From Octopus vulgaris (taxonomy: Eukaryota), in NCBI GenBank assembly GCA_951406725.2, contig OX597814.1, positions 42,160,001 to 42,224,000 on the forward strand: DNA of 64,000 nucleotides. The letters are read 5' to 3'. The notes beneath the pieces are model-generated. The model was not told the origin of the DNA and searched no databases. It was given only the letters and a program-made list of their open reading frames with translations. Both the position numbers and the translations under genes were made by a program. Below are positions 39,821 to 54,110 of this stretch, piece by piece (position 1 is the stretch's first letter; every line of letters starts with the position of its first letter).

Positions 39821-40856
39821 CAATTGTATATTTTTTATAGCGTGCTTTCATTACACTACCGAGCGCAGCTCTGTGTGCTTTGGGTATGTGCTGTGATTTG
39901 TTTTGATGCTCTGATGGTTATTGTATGGAAAGTGTTCTGCGTAGGATGTGTGCTGTGTCTATTAGTGCAATTTTCTGTATGTTATATGTGTTTGTAAGTC
40001 CTGGTGTTTTTGCTATGTATTTTTGTCTGAATAATTTTTTATCATGCCTAATGCACCTATTATGATAGGATTTGTTTCTGTTTTTAGATTCCACATTCTA
40101 GTTACCTCTATTTCCAGGTCTTTGTATTTTGAGAGTTTCTCCATTTCTTTTAGAGACACGTTGTCATCCGCTGGTATTGATACATCAATTAGAAAACATT
40201 TTTTTTCTTCATGATCTCTGACAACTATATCTGGTCTGTTAGCCTTAAGTTTTCTATCTGTGTGTATTGGCATATCCCAGAGTATGGTTGCTTTCTCGTT
40301 TTCTGTGACCTTTTGTGGTGTGTGCCTATACCATCTTTTTTCTGTTGTTATTCCATAATGTTGGCATAGTTTCCAGTGTATATAGGTCCCGTCTCTGTCG
40401 TGTCTGTGAATATATTCCTTCTTAGCCAGGACTGGGCAGCCAGAGATAATATGATTTATTGTTTCTTGTCCATCTCCTCATATTCTGAAGTTACTTTTCA
40501 TTACATGTTTTTTGTAATTTCTGGTGGGGAGGCTTTGGTCTTGTGTTGCAATTAAAAATCCTTCTGTCTCTGCTTTGAGTCCTGAGCTTCTCAACCATTG
40601 TTGGGAGTTTTCTTTGTCTATTTCTCTTGCATTTAATTTAGTCCAGTATTTACCATGAAGGGGCTTTTCTTGCCATCGTTTTATCATGGTTCGTTGCTGT
40701 TCTATTTTTAATTTGGATTTCATTTGTTTTATAGCTTTTGTTGTTTCTTCATCTTCTTCTTCCTCATATTTGTTAGGTGGTATGATTTCTTGTTTGTATT
40801 TGTCAGCTTCCTTCAATACTGAGATCAGTTTTTTTTGTTTTGCTCGTGTTTTGCTT
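39821..40856 (-). mobile_element. 5'-truncated R4/Dong-clade non-LTR retrotransposon (CCHC finger and restriction-like endonuclease)
   Basis: KPLHGKYW...WLRSSGLKAETEGFLIATQDQSLPTRNY...ETINHIISGCPVLAKKEYIHRHD...ILWDMPIHTDRKLKANRPDIVVRD...LIDVSIP.D...KEMEKLSKYKDL...PIIIGALG...IQKIALIDTAHILRRTL. Stop at 39918-39920 and a 3' UTR of about 100 bp; an internal stop near 40478 and a frameshift near 40015. Confidence 0.93.
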
Positions 40857-40858
40857 AT

Positions 40859-41072
<214 letters not shown>

Positions 41073-41794
41073 TATATATATATATTTAAGAAATATATTG
41101 CTGGATGATTTACAGAAGTCTGTAAGAAACTAGCGCATGACATTCGTGTGATGAAAATACATTCTTTTATTGTACAACATCATACACACGGATATATATG
41201 TTTCTCTCTCTCTCCCTCTCCCTCTATCTATCTATCTATCTATCTATCTAAATTATATCTATATCTATCTTTAAATATTGACAAATAGAAATGTCAATGA
41301 AATAAGAATTTATGTCGTGAACTTCATTAGTATAATGTGATGGAAATTGCAATGCACTTATAGTTGAATCATTAACTTTTTTGGGGAAAACATTTGCACA
41401 TTATTATTATCTTATCACACTAATTTTCCTGCCCTGAATTTCACTGCTACTTCGTTCTAAGTCTTTTGTATTTTGAGTTCTTACACGTTCCCATTCAGAC
41501 ATTCACCTAAAGAATTAGAAACTGAACACATCCTGTCGCAGAATGCTGACTAGAATATAATAAAAGACATTTATCTTAAGTCAATACGTAGTGCATCCAG
41601 CTTCCAGCGTGTGATACTGAAGAAGACATAACTACTCTGAAAAGCATTCATCATGGAAGAGTTCTGTTTAGAGGCGAATGAAAGAAACTTGGCTTCTTTA
41701 CACTTTTCTATATACTGTGACAAATTTTCTCTCTCACTCTCTCACTCTCTCTGTCTCACTGATTGTCTCACTATATAAATAAATAAATAAATAA

Positions 41795-41829
<35 letters not shown>

Positions 41830-44800
41830 GTCTTGGTTTTAGCCTCCAGGTAATTTTATTTTGCTTCATTGAGAATTTTAATGCTACGCTATTGATAAAG
41901 ACGCAAATTATATCTATTTAAAGGTATTTGACAAATTTCACTTATATCTTATCGCCAAGAGCTAAAATATATCACTGAGTGCTTACCAATAATCAATATC
42001 GGCAGGTATCTAGTGTGACAGACGGCAGGAAACTGTTGCTAGAGTTGTAAATTATAACGGGATGTGCATTGCTTTAATCCATATTTCTAAAATTAATGGC
42101 AAAATAAGTTATGGAACGGTTGGTAATCATGATCAAGTAATTCCGTTACCACAATTATCATATCAGTTTCATGGCCACTAAATATAGCTTAACTCTATAA
42201 TTCAGTGGCTACTTAGTTTCGATATACTGGATTTATATATTGTAAAAATGTTATCTATTATGTTGCACCTGAATCAAAATAATATTCTTGTCATCTTAAT
42301 TTTCGTAACACATATATTTAACTATAGATTAATTTATGAACATTCAGTATTGCTATAATGGGATTAAAATTATGGTTTCATGTATTCTAAAGAGGCAAAT
42401 TCGTGACTAATTCAAAAACTGTCGGTCTCAAAATCACATGTCTTTCCTTCGAATTTAAAAATCTCAATTACAAGTATTATGATGTATGGTAAAATCCCAA
42501 CTTGGAAATCAAATTTACTCACCTTTCACAATGTCTACATCATATAACCTTTGTTTCTGTTTTTAAGCGCATCGAATTTGTGAAATGCAAAAGGATTGTT
42601 ATAATTTGCATCAGTTGTATTAGTAAAAGGAGGTAAAATATTTTGGATTCTCAGATAATACGTCGTGTTCACTTAATATAATTTGTGAGGTGTGCGTCTG
42701 TATACGAACGAGTAAGAATTGTCGATAAACATTGTGACTTAATTGATAATCAAATGTATTGATGAGGTCAGTACAAACCTGGTTAAAGTTTAGATTTAAG
42801 TGGTATGATTATTAGCTTACAGTTCCAGTTAGACAGAAAGAGTGGACGACGAGATTGTGAACGCTCGATCATGGCATATGAAATTTAATAAATGTGATAT
42901 AGTCATGAATGTATAATTCACGTTAAAGTTTAATGTTCTTTTGAAGAAGTGTTCATTTCGTAATCGTTTTGTTAATGTGGTCTGAAGAGTATTATTATAT
43001 TTACAAAAATATATATGGTCTAGATAACATGGCTGTCTATATGGAGAATGTCGTTCGTGAGTAAATCCGAGTACATAAGATGTACACTAGTTTAGATGCC
43101 AGGATATGGATTAGACGTGAAACAATGTAGCGTGCTCATAATATGACTAGCTTTCTGTACAAATTGCTCTTGGTTCATGCGTTGTTGTGGGCACTAATTA
43201 GACAACCAAGTAATTATATGGTTCGACTGTGGGGCGTAACTGAATTGACTGAAAGGAAAATTTCCAAAGTCATTCGATAATCATTGCGTCAGTTGGTGTA
43301 CATGCTGATTGACATCGAAGTCTTTCTGTATACCGAATACATTTCTCTTTTCATTCTTCAGCAGATAAATTGGTGGAAATTCAGATTTTACATGTAATAC
43401 ATATATTATCATTTATAGGATGCAATAGGAATAATTATTTTTGGAAGGCCATATATAACTGAATTTTAATATTTCTCACTAATGGTGAAGAAATATTTCC
43501 ATATCATTGTCTGAAAATATTTTTTTCATAATTGGCTTAAATCTGTTACAATACAGATGTGCTTTGATATACACACATTGATAAGCACACACACGCGCAG
43601 ACACATACGCATGCGCACACAGACTAATACATATATGTATGAATGTATGTATAAGCTCACATAATTACTTACGTATGTGTGCATATGTATGTTTATATGT
43701 CAAGTTATAGATAATAAAAATATTCATAAATAATTTGTAGTAGAGTACGATTTTTTAAACTTTTCTATTAGAAATGGATTCACCATGACTTCAAAGCCGA
43801 GACTCAGCTTGCTCACGTTTGTTAGACCACTTTATATTTTTGTGGAGTAAGGGGCTTCATGTAGTTTTTAGCAAGTTACTTTTGCTTTTGAGAAGATACA
43901 GCTAAGAGTAAGTTTAAGTAGGTGTGTTGTAGATAGACCGGCGGTGTATTTGTGCAAACATCTGAGACAGACGAGGTAAGAGAAATGTTTCCAAGGTTTG
44001 TAAAATGTGAACTGTTAGAAAGTTATTGTGGAGAGATATTATTTGGTTACTATACAATTTTGCAATTGTTTAGTGTTCAGACAAATTTGGATGTAAAGGT
44101 GAAATCAGACGTGCCAAAAATATTCATTTATTAGAAAGTTTTTTAATTCTTTTAAGTTTTACAAAAGAACATTTATTGATAAATTACTCATCATATCTAA
44201 AACTGAATTTGAATTGATTGTGCTTGTCTGATTCTATGCAATCAGAACTGAAGCTACACAAACAAGGAATTGAAAATAAAGATAAAATATTTCATGACAT
44301 CTAAAAACAAAATTTATACCTTATTAAATATTTAAAAATTGCAAAAGTGTTCTTTTTCAGTTATGTATGTGAAGTACGTCTTTTGACTGGAGTCCATGTT
44401 ATTCGTCTTATTCCGGACATTCCTCTGTGTGGAATCCGTATAATGTGACATTTCTTGTATATGATTCAATCGATGATAAAAGAGACGATAAAAGTTTGAT
44501 TGGAATAGCTCGCAAAAATTTAGAATCGTTATAGATAGTCAACTAGTGGCACTATTTTTGTGATTGGATCATAAATAATATATTAGTGATTAATTAATAT
44601 TATGTTCATAACTTTTGCAACTGCGAACATTTTTATACAAAACATTTGTAGTTTATTTAAAAGTTTTAGAATATAAATAATTGATATATATGTATAAATT
44701 ATATCGAAAGGTGAAAGACCTGATGAGAAAATTTCGTTTAACTCACTCCGTTTTCTATATGTGTTGGAAACACAAAATATGTTAGCTATGGCTTGATTTA

Positions 44801-45799
44801 CATGAATACCAGCCTATATATTTTATATTTTATATGTCCTATATTTTTCTGCTTAAATGTCAAGCGAGTGATAAAAATCAATATTTTCATACTCGTAAAA
44901 ATCAAAGTGAGAAAATAATAAAATAAGTCAGATGTCTGTCCAACAAATAAATGGATGTTAACTTAATACGAAAATCTCTACAATGTGTCAATATTTCATG
45001 GGCATTTTTCGTTTGTACAGTTTTAATATTTTTTTTAATTGATTCCCTGACATACGAAAAAGTGGCGTATTGTATTAACAGATGAAATGTTTCATTTTAT
45101 ATTTATTTCAAGCAATTTTGCTTGAAAGGCAGAGAAGTTACACTTTCTAATATAATGATGTTTTATTTTGCGCTCAGACATCATAAATAATATATGAGGA
45201 AACATCTTAAAATATGTGTAATTCAGAATTATAGTGAAATTATTAAAGGAACATTGAGTAATAGAGAACATAGTAGCTCGATAAAGAACTATAGAAACAA
45301 GTATTTATATTCGAAAACAGCACGAATGAAATAGTGTTGCAATATTTGTCATTACTATGAAAACAATTCTACAACATGATATTGAACATGGTGTAAGCAA
45401 CCATATCAACATTCACCAACGTCAGATGTTCATAGACACATGTAATACAGTGTTTTGCAAATGTGCCATGTTATTTAGTACGAATCAGTAGTTGCCATAA
45501 AATATCCTACGCATAAACCAAGCAGATATTATCATGTGATGCTAGGCAAAACCTCGAATAATATTCCGAGGTGATGCACTATTATTTCACATTTTCTTGC
45601 GAACAGATTTGTAAAAATTGTATTATTAATTCGCAGCATTGAAACAACTCTAGCAATGTTACAGCTTTAGTATAGGATATACAGTCAGAAATGTAGCTGA
45701 AATATGTAGCAGACGTTCAGTACATTAAACAATAGATCTGAAACTATTATTAAAGTTATATTGCATATGCTTTATATTCTGGGTGTGATTTTAAATAGC

Positions 45800-46400
45800 A
45801 GCTGGTTATCAGGATCTGGTTAGGGAGTTCCTGGTTGCAGAGGAGTGTGGAAGTACCTCTTAGCCAGTGATTGGTCCCAGATCTAATCTAACACGAACTA
45901 GTAGCAGCTATCATTGTTCCAACATTGGGATATTTAGCATGCAAAGAACTCAAGCATAAACCTCCCCTGCCTTTCGAGCGCTTTCGAAAAGAAAAGGCTA
46001 TGGGAGTCAACAAGCAAATCAAGGTGGATGAAAGTCTCTTAGGCGGTCTAGTTCCCTGTTTAACGACCTTCCTTTATTTGCTCTCGAGGTTTACACCTCT
46101 ACCTTTTTCTCTAAAAGCGCTCACATGGCAGCAAAGGTTTATGCCTGGATTTTACTCAGTAAAATTACAAGCTAATCAACACGTCATTAGACAGCTGGAT
46201 TTGTTTAGCCCTGTAAGGCAAATTCACTTATAAGAAGGACACTCCAATGTAAAACCTACAGCTTACTAGCCACCGTAGCCTTCTTATCCAGCTAATCTAA
46301 TGTTGTCAGACCTCCAAGTGTTGAAATTAGGGACGGATTGTTGGAACTGATTCCCACTTTAAAACAACTACGCGCAGACGGGATGAAAGCCATGCAGCAC
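45800..46400 (+). mobile_element. Possible RTE-clade LINE 5' UTR remnant
   Basis: GC-richer island with tttagccctgtaaggca...agaaggacactcc..taaaacc and gaaaaggctatgggagtcaac, resembling RTE 5' regions as I recall them; no protein motif. Confidence 0.3.
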
Positions 46401-46514
46401 CAATGATCAGTTTATATATTAACTTGGTGGTGTGCCACTGTTCTTCATCATGATCTTCAAATAAGAAAAAAACTGCTTTCGTATGCTGAGAAGTAATAAT
46501 TGTTTGTGGTTTTA

Positions 46515-46690
46515 GTAGAAGGTCAGGAAATTTGAATGAGGAGATTAATCGTTTCCACTACTCATATTTTATTGTATCGAGGTTTAATATCTGAAAGGTT
46601 TTATTGACCTCAGTGGTTTTGCCACTCGGAGCATAAGCCTGCAGTACAAGTAACATCAGACATTTTTCTGACACTTACAATTCTACCAAC
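46515..46690 (-). mobile_element. Very degenerate SINE family B copy
   Basis: aaggtcaggaaattt tail-like; gaaagg...tgacctcagtgg...actcggagcataa; acaattctaccaac head-like. Confidence 0.4.
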
Positions 46691-49600
46691 GTGCTAATTC
46701 AATAATACTTGATAGGTGTTTAAAACTCGGGGACACATGATTGGCAGTCGAGGAGATAATGTTCATATATAATTATCAGTAATTACTAATCTCATCCAAA
46801 ATATTTTACGTATGTGAGAAATCATGAAATTGTGAGAGAGCGATTCACTTCACATCTATGGGAGTTTGCTTTGGAATACGGTTTATACTACCTAGAGAGG
46901 TGTGTTTCACAAAAATTTCAAGTTTTCCTGTGGTGTAGTATGACTGAAAATAGATGCACATTATACATAGAAGCATGCTAAACACGGACAAACAGGCGCA
47001 TATGTATAGAGATATTTAGATATATAGCATTATATATATATATATGCGTGTGTGTGTCTTTATGTGTGTGTGTTTGTGTGTGTGTGTGTGTATGTGTGTG
47101 TCTGTTAGTTATGTGTGCTGTGTATGTGTGCATACAAACACATAATCTTTATTGAGAAAGATTAAAATATTTCACGATGGCGAGTATATTCTTTTATATC
47201 TACTGTATTCCATCTTCCACAATTTGTAACTTAATATCCCACGTTTTTTTGCTCAATCAGTATAAGAAATGTTTGACAAAAATCCCTTATTTTGAGTAAA
47301 CGCTACGTTTAAAGTGAAGGTAATGTAAGTTGATTAAATATAAATTGATTAAATAATTTTATAATTAAAAGAATATGAATGATATAATATTATAATTAAT
47401 GTGCATCGTGTGTAGGTACCATTATGCACACGTGATAGATTTTATGAATATTAGTTTAGTCAAACTTACCAATGGCTTATACTGAAAATACTACTTGATC
47501 TATATATTGCATGGGAGTTGCCCCTAAAAGGGCGGAATATTCCTTAATAGAATGGTTTGTCGCACTTCAGAGACTCGGTTAGGTCACACAAGACCTATGT
47601 TTTATTAGTGGACTAGATGACGTGATGTACGTGATAGCATATGATAGTGTTGTACGCGAGGTAATTATGAAAACATGTAGGCAATAAAAGATGAAATTGG
47701 GAAAAGTGATCATAATTATTTGGCCAAATTTAACGGCTTTGCATATGATTGGTCATTTGAAATCTAAATGTAGAGGAAAAACTTTACGTTTTCTTTTACT
47801 TCAATAACGTTTCATGCCGATGTTAATATATTTATTTTTTCTACGGATGCATTTGCTTCCCACTCATCGCTCATCTTTGCTTCGTAACGCAACTCCCCGT
47901 GAATGATGGATTTCTTATGAAGCAAAGTATCAGACTCCACAGGGATCCAGGAAGTTACATAAGGTTGCATTAATTGCTGCTCCTACGAAATAGTGTATTG
48001 CGTATAGAGATGTGAAGGCGTCACTCTTAGATCGATAGATAGTTTCAGTGACCCTTAAACAGATATATCCTCTCTCCAGATAAGTATCTGATCGAGGCAC
48101 ACACACACTCAAGATAGAAGTAGGCAGTTATCTACAATTTCAAAGATGCTGTGATTTCATTGTTTGAACCATTATTGCGACCTAGGTAATTATAATTTAC
48201 ATTCACTGCATTATTATAAATATTGCTGCTAATTGTTAACCAGACGGCTATCAGAGTTAAGAATCATCTAAATTTATTAGTAGCAAAGTTCATAACGAAT
48301 GGAAGAATTATCCGCGCAATTTTGCTACTTCATCCTCCGTTAATTTTCGCAGGTTAGATATATAACTATTATTTCTTAGAACCTGAATTTACACAAAATG
48401 TTTTAAAATATTTTCATCGGATACATTTTTATTCGAGCATGATGTAAAGACACATTTATGAATATTATAGATTAAATTTTTTCAGGTGATTGAAAATTGT
48501 TTATGTTTATGGTTTCGTCATTCAGTGTCATGCATGAGTTGTGGTTTCCGGTGATTGCGCTCATGTAAAGATACTTGTCTATTTTCGGATAATAATTCAT
48601 TAAAAACTTAATATTCATTGATTGAATTGTTTTAACATTTCATTATGATTTGGAACATTTCGTGTCTGTTACTACTATGCATTCTTCCTCCCGATTCTTT
48701 CAACTCTTTTATTTTGCAATATACAGGAAACGAGTTCATTGACTCGTGTTTCTCACGTATGCGTACGAGAGCCATTCGGCAGCAATTTTATTTTACTGTC
48801 TACATTGCATCACTTAATCATAGAATTTTTTCACCAGGATTCATGAGTAATTGTATATTGGACTCTGCAGTTTTGACGTGTATTTTCTTCGCGCTCAAAA
48901 TTAGTTGTAAAATACATTTCACTACTAAGGAGACGTTTCAACGATGATGTTAACATATAGATGCGAAGTAGTCTACTCTGTAAAGGTGTATAAACCAGTT
49001 ATTATACATATTAGCTTTACAACTGAATCAAATAAATTTAGCATTGTCACATATCCAACTTATCAAATTAAAAGTTGATCCGATTCATAAGATAATAGAA
49101 TTTCTCACATCAGCTCTTAAACTTTTTAATTCGCATTGCATAGAGATTATCAAACGTAGTTAAGAACCTGCTGAAGTGTTTTTGTGTCATTTCAAAGTGT
49201 CAAAATGGTGCATGTACGAAAGTGTTCTAGACTGTCACATAAATTTAAGGATGCAGCTTGGTCTAGCCATCATATAAGTATTCGTAACGGTGTCCAATAG
49301 TAGTTTAATCTCTATTATAAGGGCATCTGTATGTATATATATTTTAATTTTCGCTTGGGCTTACGTGTAAATGAGGACTATGAAACTTACAAATAATTTT
49401 AGTGTCTTTTGAAATCTGCTGTGTCGCAATTTCTAAAAAATAAAAAGGGTCCAGCATTCATTACATGATATTAATGAATATGTTCATTATAGTGCCATGG
49501 TAAATTCACTCGATATATGAGTTATGTATGCGTGCATCTAAATTTGTAACGGATGTTTGCATATCTGTGAGAAACTCAGTCTGTGTGCGTGTGTATGTAT

Positions 49601-50630
49601 GTCTGTGTGTGTGCGTGTTTGTGTGTGTCTCTGTGTTGTATGTTTCGGTGTCAGAGTATTTTTGTGTGTTGTGTGTTCTTCATTGTAATTATTGATCTAT
49701 TTCTTCAGTATATTTGTTACAAGCAATTCATTTGTAGAGAAATAAATTATTTTCTAAGGGTACTTCCCTTTTCTTTATTAAAATGCTCTTCCGTATAGGA
49801 AATAAAAGATAATTCATCATCCCTTCTCGCATGAGATTTGTGCATCCGTCAGCAATTTTGACATACAATCATCCCTTGGCTTACAGTCAGACTTTTTTCC
49901 GACTGTTGTTGACTGACGCCATCAAGAAGCATGCAATCTAGGGTACTGACATCTCAACCAGCTAGAAATTTCCAAATGAAATATTTTATACGCTAATCCG
50001 CCGTTTGGAGAACACTGACTTTCGTACTTTTTCATAAATGCATAAACACACACATATATATATGCATATATGCATACATATGTTTATATATATATACATG
50101 TGTGTGTGTCTGTATGTGTGTGTATGTAATCATATGTATTGCATATATATTTGTATGTCATATATGTGCATCTGTACAAAGTAACAGTCAATCTTTCAAA
50201 CATGCTTCGCCTTTTTATTCAGGATTTTAATATGCTCTTAGTAGCATATATTTAGTCATAACATTAGCCTTTCCATATCCATTACTGCATTAAAATTTTA
50301 AGAATGTCTCTGTTCCATCATCTGTATTAAATATATTTTGTGTGTTGACGCGTTGTGCATTCAGTTACTCAAGAACGCACAGAATATTGGGGAAAACCAT
50401 ACGTGGTAAAGTTACACACTTTGAATAAAATATTATTCAACTTTTAACTCCTGGTATATTCCATGATGGAATGCTTCTGTTTAGTATAAGTGTGATCATT
50501 TTCAGAATACATTTTGATGCTGAAACAGTATCTATATTATATTATATCAGTATTAAACGAATTATATATTTTAAATACGTAACTGTGAGCAAAACCGGTA
50601 AAAGTTTCGAGAAATCCATTACTAATTACC

Positions 50631-50686
<56 letters not shown>

Positions 50687-51059
50687 CATGTTTCCCATTT
50701 CATTTACACAATATTAAAGTAAGGTCTAGAAATAGCTTCTTGGTATGAAGGCACGTTGCTAGGCAGGTTTTCATAATGTGCCTCTAACCAATCTTAAATC
50801 ACTGAGTACATGTTTTCGTTCTATTTGAAAATCAGGACGATGGTACGTGAGAAACCACAAGAAAAATTCGAGAAGGTTGATGCAAAAAGTCATAGGTAGA
50901 AGACGAATGGTGAATAAAACCGAAAAGCAAACGAAAGAAAAGAAATGAAATTAGATATGCGTCCCCTGTTTTCAATGAAAGATGGTCTACAATATGGCCT
51001 ACAATAAATCAACGGAAAAGAGTGATTATAGAGTTTGTATATGTAGGAAACTCTCCTAT

Positions 51060-51210
51060 ATACACAAGCAATCCTAAAATGTTGAAAGACCTGATAGCTA
51101 ACATCAGGGAAAGGATATGTAATATGTCCTCTTCAAAGGAAATATTTGATAAGGCGCCCCCTAATAGGAAAATACCTTATTCAACATCGGCTTCAAATAT
51201 GGGATATAAC
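51060..51210 (+). mobile_element. Penelope-like RT C-terminal fragment
   Basis: SNPKMLKDLIANIRERICNMSSSKEIFDKAPP then, after a frameshift, NTLFNIGFK (~HPPxILKxLxxxISxRxSxLSSxxEIFxKAAPxYxxALxxSGF). Confidence 0.65.
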
Positions 51211-51864
51211 TTAATGATCTTGACGACAAGAATTTCAAATTTTATACTTTAATTTAAGATGTGATTACTTGATAATATCTAGTGATTTTCATGTCGGAGT
51301 ACGATAAGTTGCAAGTCAACAGATAATATAGCCTGGTGCAGAATGCATATACAGAAACTGCATTGCATCTATACAATATCTGTGTATATATTTGTTGGCG
51401 ATATTTTAATTGTGCATATAATTCACGAACAACCAGCTTGTAATAATAATTCGAAAGATACGACTGATTGCAAAGGTAGGATATAAGATTATTATCGCGT
51501 ATTCGATAATATTCTACGAGGCATATAGGGATTAATGATATACCTTTCTAATCCGCATCATCATCTTGAACAAACTCTTATTTCTCTGATGTTGCTTTTA
51601 GTTTATCGCTTAATATTTATTGACTTTTAAATTATATAGCAACATAGTTTCTTTTTCATCTTTATTTATTACATGTACCTCATTCATATATTTATGACGT
51701 TGATGGATTTCCTGCTTAACATGAATGAATCATGTCACTTTTTTGCGTTCATGTGGTGTATGTCTTTCTTTCTATGTCCATAATTATTTCTCTCTCCCCC
51801 CCTCTCTCTGTGTATATATATGTATGTGTAGTATTTGTGTATGTATATAATGTATATACATTGA

Positions 51865-52025
51865 CACACACACATATATATATATATATATACATGCATA
51901 CATACACACATATGTACATATATATATATGTATATATATATGTATATATATATATATATGTATATAATCCATAATATATATACATACATATATATATATA
52001 TAATACATAATATATATATATATAT

Positions 52026-52092
<67 letters not shown>
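51865..52092. repeat. Compound (TA)n/(CA)n low-complexity array; similar arrays at about 7550-7700, 14340-14450, 15330-15665, 25470-25640, 52975-53077, 57180-57350, 58645-58810, 63235-63600
   Basis: Direct inspection; these arrays generate the YIYIYI/VCVC/THTH pseudo-ORFs. Confidence 0.95.
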
Positions 52093-52094
<2 letters not shown>

Positions 52095-53016
52095 CGCATT
52101 CTTATATTTATATGTAATATGTATGAGCATGTATATATCTGTATGGATATTGCTTTTCTTTTTTACTGAAGAGGGGAAAGAGGGAGAGAAAACATGTATA
52201 ATGCTTGCACATATACGTATACATCTGCACACTCACATATGTCTGTGTGTCGTGTATATTAATACTTAGAGAGGAGCGTTAAGCAAATGGTTATTTATTA
52301 CAATGTTAGATCTTTTGAGGAGGCTTCAAACGTAGTGGCTTAATTACAAGGCAAATGTTTGCTTTTCAATTCACTTCTAAATCTTTACTTCGTTAACCAA
52401 CAATTGCAAGACTTTCAAGTAATATGTTATCAAAGAGTAAATACGCTTAGCATAACCTTTTAATGTTATCATTTATTTCTTTCATTTTCGTCCCAACCAG
52501 GAACCAATATTCACTATAAAGTATTTAAATACAAGACTGAATGTGACAGTAATTCGACATATGAAATTACTGTTATACATTCTTTTTGTTTTCTCTATTA
52601 ATACAAGCTTTTTTTGTAAAACATGTACACACACGCGAGATTGCATTCTGAAACAGACTCGTTCATAGGAATGTTTATGCGAATAAACGATACGTGTTTG
52701 GGCATGTTTTACCACACGTTCAATACGCAAAATGCATTAAACAGCCTGCGAAATATTCAATGGTTGCCTTTCACATTTTCTAACCAAGAGGTGGTTACAA
52801 CCCAATATTTACAGGTCATTATTTAAGATCAATGTGCCTCTAGGCCCACTGTAACCAAAAGAGAATGATTTCACTTTCACTCAAAAGTTTATAATTTCTT
52901 ATGTCTATGTGCGTGTGTTTGTGCTTTAAATGTGCATGCATGCCTGCATCTGTATGTATGTATGTATTATTTATCTATCTATCTATATCAATCTATCTAT
53001 CTATCTATCTATATCT

Positions 53017-53080
<64 letters not shown>

Positions 53081-53159
53081 TCATATAAGTATGTAAAGAA
53101 AATTTTCTGTCAACCCCGTGCTGCATTCTATCATTATCGGTTGTTTAGCTTCTTGTATT

Positions 53160-53293
53160 AGTATCTATTTATGTCAATTTGAAATGGATGAAATGTGAAA
53201 AATATTCCGGCGGACTTGAAATCGGATGGCAGAGTGACAGAGCAACCCCTACGATGCATTCCATCTGATAGTCTAACTCTGCCACTTCAGCGC
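53160..53293 (-). mobile_element. Degenerate SINE family B-like copy
   Basis: tagtatctatttatgtcaatttgaaatggatgaaatg...ccggcggacttgaaatcgga...gcatt...ctctgcca. Confidence 0.5.
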
Positions 53294-53729
53294 GTTGCTT
53301 TCATGCTGGAATATAAATTTCGCTCTGTAATTATCTATTTGTTATAATATGTTGTGCTTTGATTGCTAGAATCAGAATCCGTTGAGCGTTCAATTTGCTG
53401 AGATCATTATAATACGATATTCTAGTTTAGATTCACATAACCATAATTTGTAGTTATTTCTGTTAAAAATTGTTACGATATCTCTAGTTGGTGTAATTAT
53501 ATAGCTATGCCTTTTAGAGGTGCCTGAGTTGATTATGGCATCGCTTCTGTATTACTAGTTTTCGTCCCAATGCAGCTTCATAGAATCACTGTCCATATTT
53601 CTTTTACATATTCAAACGATCTTGCGAAACCGACTTCTTCTAATATGAGATGCATTGTGTTGGTAGAGGCCAACTCAGAAGCCTATGGCTTGTGTCTTAC
53701 AACATTAATTGTATTTAAGTGTGTATCTA

Positions 53730-54110
53730 CAATTGATTTTAGATGTAGATTATGAAAGCTGTCAATAAAGCGTTTTGTAAAATTCAGTAACTTGCTACAG
53801 GGAGAAAGAAATTGAGTAACTGGCTACACAGGACAGAGAAAACGTTATTGAATTTCACGTATGATATGTTTAAGATTTAGAGACTTATGGTGCCTACGAT
53901 TTCGACTTTGATCTGTTCTGTGAGACGTCAGATGACGTTTGGTTGTCTTTTTCTCATGGCTAATGATTTCTGAAAAAAGCTAACATCTTCAAGTTTGGAT
54001 TTAATTTTCTGCCCGGTAATTGTTATGTAGTTTTTGCGTAGGTAATGTATAATAATGTCAGCGTTGTTGTTAAGTGCTACATTCTTAAAAGCCAAACTTA
54101 ATAAGTATGT
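53730..54110 (-). mobile_element. Possible very old R4-like RLE fragment
   Basis: Minus-strand remnants in order: VW, NNADIIIH (~NRPDIxIxD), DVS, IVGTI, LQNALLTAFII (~IQKxALLxTAxI). Multiple frameshifts. Confidence 0.3.

Noticed and set aside
41610-41700. Plus-strand CTGAAGA...GAAA resembling a hammerhead core
   Set aside because: Only a 3-bp stem II and no credible stem I.
42515-42560. Strong minus-strand donor AAG|GTGAGT with a short frame KQRLYDVDIVK
   Set aside because: No pyrimidine-rich acceptor, and an identical donor occurs inside LINE debris near 13275, so chance matches are expected. Not called as an exon.
44715-44745. CTGATGA followed by a small hairpin
   Set aside because: Followed by GTTT rather than GAAA, so the core is incomplete.
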